Shown: positions 21,783 to 31,741 of the stretch, one piece after another
How positions within the stretch are numbered: position 1 is the first letter of the stretch
Layout of the letters: each line of letters begins with the position of its first letter
NCBI GenBank assembly: GCA_025060535.1
Contig: JANXCA010000001.1
Location: forward strand, 7,730-71,729
DNA: 64,000 bases
Source: Endomicrobiia bacterium
GTDB lineage: Bacteria; Elusimicrobiota; Endomicrobiia; DTEH01
Reading direction: 5' to 3'
Position numbers and translations under genes: made by a program
The notes under the pieces: generated by a model
The model's input: the letters and a program-made list of their open reading frames with translations, nothing else
Databases searched by the model: none
What the model was told of the DNA's origin: nothing

Positions 21783-22154
21783 TTAACCTCTTAACTCTTT
21801 TATTTTTGTAATATCAAATGTTTTATACCTATGATATAATCTTAACGCAACAGCAACCATCAAAATTGTTATAGAAAGTCCTATCACAATAGAGGTTAAC
21901 ACCAAAGCTTGCGGAAGAGGATCCACTATATTATCCGCAGGACGATTTTTTAAAAATACAGGGAAACTACCGCCTTTTTTATAGCCTACTATTATAAAAA
22001 ACAAGTTTAGAGCATTATCCATTATTATAAATGATATTATAATCTTTAGTAAGTTTTTTTTCATTACTAACCCATATAAACCTACAAAACATAAACATAA
22101 ACATAAAATATATACTAACACAAAATTCCACCCTCCTTTTTTATTTTTCTTCAT
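21783..22154 (-). CDS. MrpC/NuoK-like subunit
   Basis: 123 aa, 3 TM, NuoK-like. Confidence 0.65.
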   Translation of the reverse strand: MKKNKKGGWNFVLVYILCLCLCFVGLYGLVMKKNLLKIIISFIIMDNALNLFFIIVGYKKGGSFPVFLKNRPADNIVDPLPQALVLTSIVIGLSITILMVAVALRLYHRYKTFDITKIKELRG

Positions 22155-22605
22155 CTTGTGGTGAAAATAATATCAAGCATAAGAAAGCACTTAACATTCC
22201 AAAACCCACTTTTATCATAATTGCTATATTAGCTGGTAATATCATACCTCCGGATAACAAACTAAATGCTTTTCCCTGTCCCAAAAAATCCTTAAAAAAC
22301 ACTCCCACAGAAAACCCCATTATAGATATAGAAAGAAACATTAACGCTCCTGTAGTTTCCAAAGATTCCGATAAAATTTTATTAATTTTTTTAACTACAA
22401 AATCTTTACCGTACGCAAGTATTATATGAATAAAAGATAAAGCAACTATAACTCCACCAGCAAACCCTCCCCCCGGACTTAAATGACCAAAAAGAGTAAT
22501 ATACCAACCGTAAAGCATAATAAATAAAACTGTCCATCTGGTGACTGTTTTTACTATCAAACTCATCCCAGATGATGTAAAATTCTTATTATTGGTTTCT
22601 TTCAT
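22141..22605 (-). CDS. MrpB-like subunit
   Basis: 154 aa, 4 TM; MnhB domain position. Confidence 0.55.
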   Translation of the reverse strand: MKETNNKNFTSSGMSLIVKTVTRWTVLFIMLYGWYITLFGHLSPGGGFAGGVIVALSFIHIILAYGKDFVVKKINKILSESLETTGALMFLSISIMGFSVGVFFKDFLGQGKAFSLLSGGMILPANIAIMIKVGFGMLSAFLCLILFSPQDEEK

Positions 22606-23125
22606 TATTTAACTTTTTACCAACTTTTCTTAAAATTAAAATCACCGATAAAATTGCAGTAAATAAAACTGTTGCTTCTCCTAAAGTATCGTAAGCTCTA
22701 TAATTTAAAATTATAGCAGCAACTATATCCGTAGCACCTGTATCACTAATAGTATTTTTTATGTAATAATCTGAAACTCTATATTTAGGATTTCCAAAAT
22801 CAGGTAAAAATCTTAAAGAAAATCCTAATATAACCAAAAATATAAGGATACTCATCAGAATTGGTATTCGCAACAAAATTTTCTTTTTTTCATATACATC
22901 TTCATCTCTTACTATTGTAGCTCTTATTAGTATTACTAAGGATAATATTTCCACCACAAACTGAACAATAGCAACATCAGGAGCTTGAAGCAACAAAAAC
23001 AATAATGTTAAAATTAACCCTACCGCTCCTAAACTAATAACTGAAGACAATAAATCTCTTATTTCGATAGCAACTATAGCTGCTATAATCATTAATAATA
23101 TAAGTAAAGAAATAATTATTTCCAT
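22589..23125 (-). CDS. MrpA C-terminal-domain/MrpB-like small membrane subunit (MbhD/E-like)
   Basis: 178 aa, very hydrophobic, sits between MrpA-like and MrpB-like. Confidence 0.45.
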   Translation of the reverse strand: MEIIISLLILLMIIAAIVAIEIRDLLSSVISLGAVGLILTLLFLLLQAPDVAIVQFVVEILSLVILIRATIVRDEDVYEKKKILLRIPILMSILIFLVILGFSLRFLPDFGNPKYRVSDYYIKNTISDTGATDIVAAIILNYRAYDTLGEATVLFTAILSVILILRKVGKKLNNERNQ

Positions 23126-23137
23126 AAAGTTTTAAAA

Positions 23138-25021
23138 TCACAACAAAAATATAAAAAATAAAATTAAAATGCTTATAAATATCCAAGACAAATAACTATG
23201 TAAGTTACCATTATGTAAAAAAGATAATTTTTCAGCTACTTTAAATATATTTTTTTTGCTAAAGATATACAAATCCACTATATCTAACTTAAGGACCTTA
23301 CTAATACCATTTACTAAAAAAGATAAACTCCACAAAAACCAATTATAAATATCAAATAATTTATTTTCTGCTAAATAATAAAGTACTGAAAAAGGAAACA
23401 TTTGCTTTATTGTTAAATAAAAATCTGTAGATGGAAAATAAGATTCTCCTAACTTCTCTTCTTCTCCAAGAAGGTATACATTTACTTTTCTAGGTTTATC
23501 TACAAATAATATATATATAATCAAACCAATAAAAACTCCCAAAATTAATAAATATGTAGCTGCTTGAGCATTCCATTCTCCAATCAATAAAATTTTTTCA
23601 AAACCCAGCATTGGTTTAACAATTCTACTAATAGGTATCTCAAAAGAAAAAATTCCTAAAATTATACATAAAATAGCTAATATACCCATTGGTAATACAT
23701 TAAATATTTTTTCTTTCTCCTTTAATACTCTATTAGTATGTTCATCTTCGTTTTTTGAAAGAAATACTGAATATAACACCTTTACAAAAGAAGCGAATGT
23801 AAGTGCACTACCAAACATAATACTTATTAAAACTAATACACCTACAAAAAAGTATTTTTTTGAAACTTCTATAACTGACTGATATATAAGCCACTTAGAA
23901 AAAAAACCATTAAATGGAGGAATTCCTGAAATAGATAAAGCAGCAATTAAGGTAAAAACAAAACATAAAGGATAATATTTTGCTAAACCCTTAGCTTTAG
24001 TAAGTTCTACATCTTCAGTATATTTTTCAACAAAATCAGAAGACAAAAAAAGTAAAGTTTTATAGATAGTATTATTTATCATATGAAAAACCCCACCTAC
24101 AATACCTAAAACCGATCCTGTCGAAATCCCCACAACCATATATCCAATTTGTGAAATAGCATGATATGAAAGAAGTTTTTTTAAATTATGTTGTATCAAA
24201 GCCATAAATACTGCAATTAAAACAGTTAAACCCCCTAATATCATTAGAAAAGGATGATAACTTAATATAAATATATCTTTTGTAATCCTTACTAACAAAT
24301 ATATACCTAAAATTTTATCTAAAGCTCCAATTAAAAAACCTCCTAAAGCAGAGGGTATCTTCTCTGCAGTTTCAGGAATCCAAGTATGAAAAGGTATAGC
24401 TCCAATTTTACCTAAAGCACCGATTGTTAAAAGACTAAATATCAAAGGATATTTATTAACATCTAAATTATATGAAGTAAAATATAATCCATACATATTA
24501 GAAGCTTCCTTAATTAAAAGAATAATGCCTATTAGTAGGGAAAAATCACTTATACTTATTATAGTTATTGCTTTTGTCGCTGTATTAAACTCATCATTTG
24601 CAGTCACAAATCTTATTAATAAGTAAACAAGTATTCCCAAAATTTCCCAGGAAATTAAAAACAAAATTAAATTTTTGGATAAAAGTGATAAATGTGTGAA
24701 TGCTAAAATAAAAAAAATAAATGAAAAATATATATTTTCTTTTACTGTATCTAAAATTTTTTTTGAAAAAATTACTACAATTAATCCAAAGAAAGAAGCT
24801 AATACAGAACTTATTAAAGAAGTAAAATCACTTATTAGAACTATATCTATTTTTAAGAATTTTAACCAATCAATCATATATTCTTTTCTATTCACTAGCA
24901 AAAGGAGGTTTAACACAAAACAACAAAAAGAAAAAAATAAACTTATGAAATATAATTTTTTTCTAAAAATTAAACAAATCAATCCAGCTAATAAAGGAAT
25001 TAGTATTATTAAATAACCCAT
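23138..25021 (-). CDS. MrpA/NuoL-like antiporter subunit (long form)
   Basis: 627 aa, NuoL family core plus C-terminal extension TMs. Confidence 0.8.
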   Translation of the reverse strand: MGYLIILIPLLAGLICLIFRKKLYFISLFFSFCCFVLNLLLLVNRKEYMIDWLKFLKIDIVLISDFTSLISSVLASFFGLIVVIFSKKILDTVKENIYFSFIFFILAFTHLSLLSKNLILFLISWEILGILVYLLIRFVTANDEFNTATKAITIISISDFSLLIGIILLIKEASNMYGLYFTSYNLDVNKYPLIFSLLTIGALGKIGAIPFHTWIPETAEKIPSALGGFLIGALDKILGIYLLVRITKDIFILSYHPFLMILGGLTVLIAVFMALIQHNLKKLLSYHAISQIGYMVVGISTGSVLGIVGGVFHMINNTIYKTLLFLSSDFVEKYTEDVELTKAKGLAKYYPLCFVFTLIAALSISGIPPFNGFFSKWLIYQSVIEVSKKYFFVGVLVLISIMFGSALTFASFVKVLYSVFLSKNEDEHTNRVLKEKEKIFNVLPMGILAILCIILGIFSFEIPISRIVKPMLGFEKILLIGEWNAQAATYLLILGVFIGLIIYILFVDKPRKVNVYLLGEEEKLGESYFPSTDFYLTIKQMFPFSVLYYLAENKLFDIYNWFLWSLSFLVNGISKVLKLDIVDLYIFSKKNIFKVAEKLSFLHNGNLHSYLSWIFISILILFFIFLL

Positions 25022-25025
25022 ATGT

Positions 25026-26411
25026 TTAAATTTTTATTAATTTTAAAATTATATCTGGATAAACTCCTAAAATAACAGAAAAAAAGGTCAATAAAGCAAC
25101 TACAAAAACCATCCAAGAATAGTGTTGTTTAATATCATATTTTTTGGTTCCTAAAAATACACTATTATATACCCTCATAAAATATACCAAGCTTAAAAGA
25201 GCACCAATGATTAATAAAAATGCTAATGTAATTTTATTTGCTTGTAGCATACCCTTTAATATAAAAAATTTACTCCAAAAACCACTAAAAACTGGAAAAC
25301 CTATTATAGACAATCCACATAAGAAGAAACATGCAGAAACTATCGGCATATTTTTTGATAAACCTCCGAGTTTTAAAATATTCTTTTCTTTTAACTCATG
25401 TTCAATTATTCCTGCAGATAAAAACAACCCTGCTTTTGCAAAAGCATGAGAAATTATATAAAAAATTGCTCCAATTATACTTTCTTTCACATTGACTGCG
25501 AATCCTAAAAATATATAACCTAGTTGAGAAATTGTAGAATATGCTAAAATTCTTTTTATATCAAACTCTGCTAAGGCCATAAAACTTGATATAAAGATTG
25601 TAAAAAATGATAAATAAATAATTAATGACTGTAAATTATTTGAAATTTGAAAAGTAAAATTAAAAATCCTTCCAAAAGCATAGGTTCCTATTTTTACAAG
25701 AACTGCTGCATGTAAAAGTGCTGTAACAGGAGTAGGAGCTACACCTGCATCAGGTAGCCAACTTTGAAATGGTAACTGTGCAGATTTTGCTATCATACCA
25801 ATAATTAAAAATACACCTGCTAAATCAGAAATTTTTCTATCTTTTAAATATGTAAAATCAAAACTTCCAAATTCTATATAATTAATAACTATTCCACATA
25901 ACATCAAAACTGAGCCCAAAGAAGTAACAAGAAAAGCCTTGTTAGCTTTTGTAATATGATCATCTTTTTTGTAAAATTTAATCAATTTCCAAGAACATAA
26001 AGAAGTTAATTCCCAAAAGATATACATCAAAATTAAATTACAACTGAAAACTAAACCTATCATTGAAGCTATAAATAAGGTATTGTAAAAATAATAGTAT
26101 CTTTGATTTTCATCCTCTGATATATACTCAAACGAATAAAGAGTAATTAATAGACTAATAAATACTGAAGTTAAAATAATTAATAATGAATAAAAATCAA
26201 TTATGAAAATATTTATTCCTTTAAAATTTAATAAAAAATTTTTTTCTATATTTAAAAAAAATCTTAAAGACAACACAACCAAACATATTAAACTTAGACT
26301 TATAAAAAATAAAGATAAAAACTTATATAACTTTTTGTTTTTTAAACTTCCAATAAGAAAAACACTTATAAATAATAATATTAAGCTACTTAAAATTAAA
26401 ATATTATTCAT
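25026..26411 (-). CDS. Additional NuoL/M/N-like antiporter subunit of the hydrogenase module (MbhH-like)
   Basis: 461 aa; NuoL/M/N family signature (SWLPDA..P..VTALLHAA). Confidence 0.8.
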   Translation of the reverse strand: MNNILILSSLILLFISVFLIGSLKNKKLYKFLSLFFISLSLICLVVLSLRFFLNIEKNFLLNFKGINIFIIDFYSLLIILTSVFISLLITLYSFEYISEDENQRYYYFYNTLFIASMIGLVFSCNLILMYIFWELTSLCSWKLIKFYKKDDHITKANKAFLVTSLGSVLMLCGIVINYIEFGSFDFTYLKDRKISDLAGVFLIIGMIAKSAQLPFQSWLPDAGVAPTPVTALLHAAVLVKIGTYAFGRIFNFTFQISNNLQSLIIYLSFFTIFISSFMALAEFDIKRILAYSTISQLGYIFLGFAVNVKESIIGAIFYIISHAFAKAGLFLSAGIIEHELKEKNILKLGGLSKNMPIVSACFFLCGLSIIGFPVFSGFWSKFFILKGMLQANKITLAFLLIIGALLSLVYFMRVYNSVFLGTKKYDIKQHYSWMVFVVALLTFFSVILGVYPDIILKLIKI

Positions 26412-27591
26412 AGAGTTTCCTTATTTTCTCTGTTTTCTGTTGAGAAAGTTTAACTAAATCGTCCCAACATAAAATTTCTTGATTTGTTTTTAAATCTACT
26501 ACAGTAGCTCTTTCTGTACAACAATAACAAGGATCCACAGCTGCCAAAGTTATTGCTGCATCTGCAATTGTTTGGCCCACAGCTGCTACTTTATTTGAAG
26601 CAATGTTCATATAAGAAGGAGCACGAATTTTATGTCTTATAGGTCTGTTAGAACCATCTGACCGAATATAGTGAAAAACTTCACCACGAGGAGCTTCATG
26701 TCTTCCTATACCTTCACCAGGTGGTATAAAATCAATCTTAGTTTCTATATTCCCCTCAGGTTCCTTTTTCAATTTTTCTAAACATTGTTTTATTATTTTA
26801 ATTGACTCATACATTTCAAGAATTCTAACCACTGCTTTATCAAAAACATCTCCATTATATAAGACAGGAACATTAAATTCAACCTCTCCATAAGCAGCAT
26901 AAGGATCATCTCTTCTTACATCTATGTCTATACCACTTGCACGAGCTGTAGGTCCTACTACACAATACTTAATAGCATCTTCTTTTGTCAGAACACCAAC
27001 TCCTTTAAGTCGTGCATGAATTACTGGATCATCCATAATAGCACCTCTAAACATATCAATCACTGACAACAACCCATCACACATTTTTTCTATCTGGGGG
27101 ACTAAATCATTCGGAATATCTCTTCTTACTCCACCAACTTTAAACATAGCATAATGTTGACGATTACCAGAGATAACTTCTAATATATCACACACATTCT
27201 CCCTATGCTTCCAGGACCACATCCATATTGTATTATATCCTATAAAATGTCCAGCCAATCCTAACCATAAAAAATGAGAATGTAATCTTTCAAGTTCTCC
27301 TATTATACTTCTTATGTATTTAGCACGTACAGGTACATCTATCCCAGCTAAATCCTCCACTGCATTTACATAAGCAAAAGGATGACTTGTAGAACATATA
27401 CCACATATTCTCTCAACTACAAATGGGATTTGATCGTAATGCTTAAGGGTAGAAATTTGTTCAATACCACGATGATTATATCCTATTTCTATTTCTATAT
27501 CTACAACTTTTTCCTCTTCTACATATAATTTAAAAAATTCTGGCTCTTCTTGTAAAGGATGATATGGCCCTATTGGAATAATTTTTTTCAT
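26404..27591 (-). CDS. Group 4 [NiFe] hydrogenase large subunit (NuoD/MbhL-like) with intact Ni-Fe ligands
   Basis: N-terminal RICGICSTSH (RxCGxCxxxH) and C-terminal DPCYCCTER (DPCxxCxxR) read directly; 395 aa. Confidence 0.9.
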   Translation of the reverse strand: MKKIIPIGPYHPLQEEPEFFKLYVEEEKVVDIEIEIGYNHRGIEQISTLKHYDQIPFVVERICGICSTSHPFAYVNAVEDLAGIDVPVRAKYIRSIIGELERLHSHFLWLGLAGHFIGYNTIWMWSWKHRENVCDILEVISGNRQHYAMFKVGGVRRDIPNDLVPQIEKMCDGLLSVIDMFRGAIMDDPVIHARLKGVGVLTKEDAIKYCVVGPTARASGIDIDVRRDDPYAAYGEVEFNVPVLYNGDVFDKAVVRILEMYESIKIIKQCLEKLKKEPEGNIETKIDFIPPGEGIGRHEAPRGEVFHYIRSDGSNRPIRHKIRAPSYMNIASNKVAAVGQTIADAAITLAAVDPCYCCTERATVVDLKTNQEILCWDDLVKLSQQKTEKIRKLYE

Positions 27592-28017
27592 TTATTTTTC
27601 CCTTAATGGATAGCTATTATCTGGCCAATCGTCAGATAATAACAAATGTTTCAAATTAGGATGCCCTATAAAGTTTATACCTATCATCTCCCATATTTCC
27701 CTTTCTATCCATTCAGCTGCAGAAAAAATTGAACTTAAAGAATATATTTCTGGTTTTTCTTTACTAAGCTTTACCCTTAGTGAAACTATCTCTCCTGTTT
27801 TATCATAACTAAAATGATAAATAATCTCAAAATATTTTTCACAATCCATGCCAGTAGCAGTTATAAATCTAAATCCTAACTCATTAAATAAAAGACTTGC
27901 AACTTTTTTTATACTTTCCGGCTTAATTTCAATATAATATCTTCTGTCATTTTTTTTAAATAACTCAATCGTATCTTCACTTATTCTTTGGGTTATTTTA
28001 TTTATTATCTCACTCAT
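27592..28017 (-). CDS. NuoC-like hydrogenase subunit (MbhK-like)
   Basis: 141 aa; NuoC/HycE N-terminal-domain family; immediately precedes the large subunit. Confidence 0.7.
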   Translation of the reverse strand: MSEIINKITQRISEDTIELFKKNDRRYYIEIKPESIKKVASLLFNELGFRFITATGMDCEKYFEIIYHFSYDKTGEIVSLRVKLSKEKPEIYSLSSIFSAAEWIEREIWEMIGINFIGHPNLKHLLLSDDWPDNSYPLREK

Positions 28018-28025
28018 ATAATAAC

Positions 28026-28445
28026 TTATGTTTTTAGAGATTTTATCAATTTTACTATACCATCAATTATAGCTTCTGGCTTGGGAGGACAACCAGGTAC
28101 ATACGCAGAAACAGGAACAATTTTATCAACATCACAAGGACTATTAAAAGAATCCTTAAAAACTCCCCTTCCACAAGCACAAGTACCAATTGCTACTACA
28201 AAACATGGTTTAGGAGCTTGTTCATATAAATATTTCAATTTTGTATAATTTTTATAATTAGGCACACCTGTCACCAACAAAACATCTGCGTGTCTAATGG
28301 AACCTACTAGTTGAATACCAAATCTTTCTAAGTCATATCTTGGAGTCAAAGCATCTAAAATTTCAATATCACAGTTATTACATGGAGAAAGAGGTAAATG
28401 AAAAACCCACAATGATTTTAATAAAGATTTTTTTATTAATCCCAT
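28026..28445 (-). CDS. [NiFe] hydrogenase small subunit, NuoB/MbhJ-like
   Basis: Cys ligands SPCNNCDIE, GTCACGRG, PGCPPKPE. Confidence 0.85.
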   Translation of the reverse strand: MGLIKKSLLKSLWVFHLPLSPCNNCDIEILDALTPRYDLERFGIQLVGSIRHADVLLVTGVPNYKNYTKLKYLYEQAPKPCFVVAIGTCACGRGVFKDSFNSPCDVDKIVPVSAYVPGCPPKPEAIIDGIVKLIKSLKT

Positions 28446-28452
28446 ATTTATT

Positions 28453-29364
28453 TTATAAAATAAATAATAAAATAACTGATAATAAACTTAAAGGGAATAT
28501 TATAAACCAAAAAAATTTCATTACTTGAATTATTTTTAATCTCGGATTTATATTTTTAAAAATAATTATAAAAAATAAAATCATTAAGTACTTTATTACA
28601 AAAGAAACGACTCCTCCATCAAAAAAATATAATCCTACTAAAAAAGCTGGAAAAAGAGACATAAAAACTTGTTTTGTTAATTTTATTAATCCTAAAAGAA
28701 TTCCAGAAAATTCCATCAAAATGCCTCCAGCAATTTCAGTCTCAGCTTCAGGAGCATCAAATGGTACTATCCCACTTTTAGCATATAAACAAATAAATAA
28801 TACAAAAAATGACAAAATTGAAGGCAAAGAAAGAGTATTCTTTTGCATTATTTCTATCAACTTTAAGCTACCAGAGTTTAAAATTGGAACTAATGTTGCT
28901 GTTATGAGTGGTAATTCATAAGATAATAACATTTTTATTTCTCTAGAAACTCCCAATGATACAATTACATTGCCAGATGAAGCTCCCCCTAGTATTAACA
29001 TAACAGAGGGAATTAACAAAAGATAAACAAAAACAGTAATATCTCCGATAAATCCTTTTTTAAAAATTATAGCTGTCCATAAAATAGAAGATGCTAATAC
29101 AACTGATGCAAAACTTAAAAATGGAGATAAGAAAAACAGTAAGTTTGCATTTTTAGGAACGGTTACTTCTTTTAAAAGTAGTTTAAAAAAATCATATAAA
29201 GGTTGAAGCAAAGGTGGACCTTGACGATATTGTAGTCTTGCTGTTATCTTTCTATCTAAAAAACTCACAAAAATAGAAAGAATAAAACTAAACAAAAATC
29301 CAGGAAATAAAAGATAAATAAACAAAGAATTTATAACATTCATAATTACTTCTCTAAAATCCAC
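28453..29364 (-). CDS. NuoH-like membrane subunit (MbhM-like)
   Basis: 303 aa, 8 TM, GPPLLQPLYDFFKL motif. Confidence 0.8.
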   Translation of the reverse strand: MDFREVIMNVINSLFIYLLFPGFLFSFILSIFVSFLDRKITARLQYRQGPPLLQPLYDFFKLLLKEVTVPKNANLLFFLSPFLSFASVVLASSILWTAIIFKKGFIGDITVFVYLLLIPSVMLILGGASSGNVIVSLGVSREIKMLLSYELPLITATLVPILNSGSLKLIEIMQKNTLSLPSILSFFVLFICLYAKSGIVPFDAPEAETEIAGGILMEFSGILLGLIKLTKQVFMSLFPAFLVGLYFFDGGVVSFVIKYLMILFFIIIFKNINPRLKIIQVMKFFWFIIFPLSLLSVILLFIL

Positions 29365-29870
29365 TTCATTACACGAACAACTAAGTTCTTATTTATTTCA
29401 TATATATTTTCTTTTTCATTCGGTTGCACATCTCTATAAGAAATAGCTCCTTCCGGACAAGTCACACTGCATAAAGGAGGATTCTCATCACTTGCACGGT
29501 CTAAACAAAAATCACATTGTGAACTTTTATAATCTAAAACATCTTTGTATATAGTACCAAATGGACAAGCTACTAAACAACTTTTACAAGATGTGCATCT
29601 AAATAAACTTTTATGTAAAATACCATCTTTATCTTTAAATAAGGCCTCATTTGGACAACTATTTATACAAAACGCATCTTCACATCTTCTACAAATAAAA
29701 TACTGTAAGACCTTTGAAAAAAACTTCTCAAATCCTTTGTTTAAAGATTTTTCTTTTGGTTTATCTTTATAAACATGCGAATGTTGATAAAAATAAGAAC
29801 ATTCTGCTTTACATTCTTTACAACTATAACATTTTTCTATGTCTATAAATATTCTTTTCATTTTATTCAA
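29346..29870 (-). CDS. HycB/HyfA/CooF-like ferredoxin with four [4Fe-4S] motifs
   Basis: CysxxCysxxCysxxxCys(Pro) motifs x4 (CYSCKECKAEC, CRRCEDAFCINSCP, CTSCKSCLVACP, CDFC...CSVTCP). Confidence 0.75.
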   Translation of the reverse strand: MNKMKRIFIDIEKCYSCKECKAECSYFYQHSHVYKDKPKEKSLNKGFEKFFSKVLQYFICRRCEDAFCINSCPNEALFKDKDGILHKSLFRCTSCKSCLVACPFGTIYKDVLDYKSSQCDFCLDRASDENPPLCSVTCPEGAISYRDVQPNEKENIYEINKNLVVRVMKWILEK

Positions 29871-30684
29871 ATGGTTCTGGTATGTCTTTTAGTTGCTCCC
29901 AACTAAACACAGGCCCATCTTTACAGATAAAATAACTTCCAATCTGACAATGACCACATTTGCCTAAACCACAACTCATATTTCGTTCCATTGAAAGATA
30001 AATCTGATTAGGTTTAAATTTCATATCAATCAATTTTAATGTAGTAAATTTCATCATTATCGGTGGTCCACATACAACAGCAACCGAATTTTCTACATCA
30101 ATTTTTATCTTATCTAACAAACAAGTAACCACCCCTACAGTTTCATCCCACTCTCCCGGCTGACATCTATCTACAGATCTTAAAATTTCCAATCCTTTAA
30201 TTTTATACCATTCTGGAAACAGATATTTATATACTATATCAGATGGAGTTCTTGCTCCGTAACATAAAACTATTTTTTTAAAATCTGAAATTTTTTCAAT
30301 TAAAGTAAAAAGTAAAGATCTCAATGGCGCAAGTCCTACTCCTCCACCAACTATTAACACTTCCTTTCCCACAAAACTTTCAACAGGATAACCTTTCCCA
30401 TAAGGACCGCGAATGCCGACTATTTCTCCCTCTTTCATAGAATGCAAAAATTCCGTCATTCTCCCCACACGCATAATTGTCACATCCATTGTGTCTGTTT
30501 TATATGGAGAAGAAGAAGGTGTAAACGGCGCTTCTCCAACACCATATACTGTAAGTTCTATAAACTGCCCAGTTTTAAAAGAAAACTTATCGCTATCTAA
30601 TGGTTTAAGAGTAAATGTTTTAATATTTGGAGTTTCTTCTATAATCTTTATAATTTTAAAATTTTGAGGTTTATATATACTCAT
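29863..30684 (-). CDS. FAD/NAD(P)-binding oxidoreductase with C-terminal 2Fe-2S (PyrK/AsrB/sulfhydrogenase gamma HydG-like)
   Basis: FNR-like fold (GIRGPYGKGYP, LIVGGGVGLAPLRSL) and C-terminal CGLGKCGHCQ...C cluster. Confidence 0.8.
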   Translation of the reverse strand: MSIYKPQNFKIIKIIEETPNIKTFTLKPLDSDKFSFKTGQFIELTVYGVGEAPFTPSSSPYKTDTMDVTIMRVGRMTEFLHSMKEGEIVGIRGPYGKGYPVESFVGKEVLIVGGGVGLAPLRSLLFTLIEKISDFKKIVLCYGARTPSDIVYKYLFPEWYKIKGLEILRSVDRCQPGEWDETVGVVTCLLDKIKIDVENSVAVVCGPPIMMKFTTLKLIDMKFKPNQIYLSMERNMSCGLGKCGHCQIGSYFICKDGPVFSWEQLKDIPEPFE

Positions 30685-30694
30685 TTTTAAAAAA

Positions 30695-31732
30695 TTAAAC
30701 CAAAACTTCTTCTCCTTTTGCTAAAACTAAACTTCTTATAACTTTTCTCATATCTATTTTCCCTGGACAAACTTCTATACATCTACCACAACCACTACAG
30801 GCATACATATTAAAATTTTCATATCTATATACAAACTTACATTGATATCTGTTTCTAAAACGTTGATATTTATATTTTCTAGGATTTGCTCCACCCGCAA
30901 CTCTGGAATATCCAGTAAAATGGCACACATCCCATACTTTATCTCTGTGTTGATCTTTATAATCCTTTGAAGCTTCCCTAATTAAAAAGCAATAACAACT
31001 TGGACATATAAAATTACAACCTCCACATTGAACACATTTTTCTGATTCTTTTTCCCAAATGCTTTCTAATTCATATGTATTTTTTAATGTAAGATAATGC
31101 TTATTTTTTTTATCTTCTTTGATATATTCTTTATTAAACTCATATATTTTCCTTTCAGAAACTACCCTTACACTATTTCTTTTTAAATAATCATTTTTTG
31201 TTGGTTCTTCAAACTCATTAAAATTTTCTTTTAAAAATTCCTCACCCTTTTGAGTAAATGCCTCCAAAATCAAATTATTTTCATCTACAAAAGAAATATT
31301 TAAGTCACTTCCGTCCCCTTTTTCTACATAAGGTCTACCACCAACTATACTACAAAAACAAGACAACTGAGGATTTATACAATCAGAAGATATAATTAAA
31401 GTATTTTCTTTATAAATTTTATATTTCTCATCTACATATTCTTCTCCTATAAATATATTGTCTAAAATTCTTATTGCTTTGAGGTCACAAAATTTTACAT
31501 CTAACAATAAAATCTTTTCGACAGAAGTAAAACTGGTTAGTATGTCTTTTACTTTAAAGAAAAATAATTTAGGAGGGTGTATACAACGAATGTTTAATAA
31601 TGCTAAATTTTGTATTTCTTGTGGATTAATTATTTTTTTATAGATTTGATCAAAATTATGATATATTATAATAAAATTATTCAAATTTTTAAAAACCGAT
31701 AAAAGATCGGAATAATTTATTATTTTCTCCAT
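30695..31732 (-). CDS. AsrA / sulfhydrogenase beta (HydB)-like iron-sulfur protein; first gene of the hydrogenase operon
   Basis: 345 aa; CVQCGGCNFICPSCYC and CSGCGRCIEVCP motifs. Confidence 0.7.
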   Translation of the reverse strand: MEKIINYSDLLSVFKNLNNFIIIYHNFDQIYKKIINPQEIQNLALLNIRCIHPPKLFFFKVKDILTSFTSVEKILLLDVKFCDLKAIRILDNIFIGEEYVDEKYKIYKENTLIISSDCINPQLSCFCSIVGGRPYVEKGDGSDLNISFVDENNLILEAFTQKGEEFLKENFNEFEEPTKNDYLKRNSVRVVSERKIYEFNKEYIKEDKKNKHYLTLKNTYELESIWEKESEKCVQCGGCNFICPSCYCFLIREASKDYKDQHRDKVWDVCHFTGYSRVAGGANPRKYKYQRFRNRYQCKFVYRYENFNMYACSGCGRCIEVCPGKIDMRKVIRSLVLAKGEEVLV

Positions 31733-31741
31733 AATACTTAT

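Noticed and set aside
26404-27591. Possibility that the large subunit is an Mbs/Mbx-type (non-hydrogenase) or Nuo-type paralog
   Set aside because: Both Ni-Fe binding motifs (RxCGxCxxxH and DPCxxCxxR) are intact with all four Cys. The partner small subunit also keeps its Cys ligands. These features favour a true hydrogenase.
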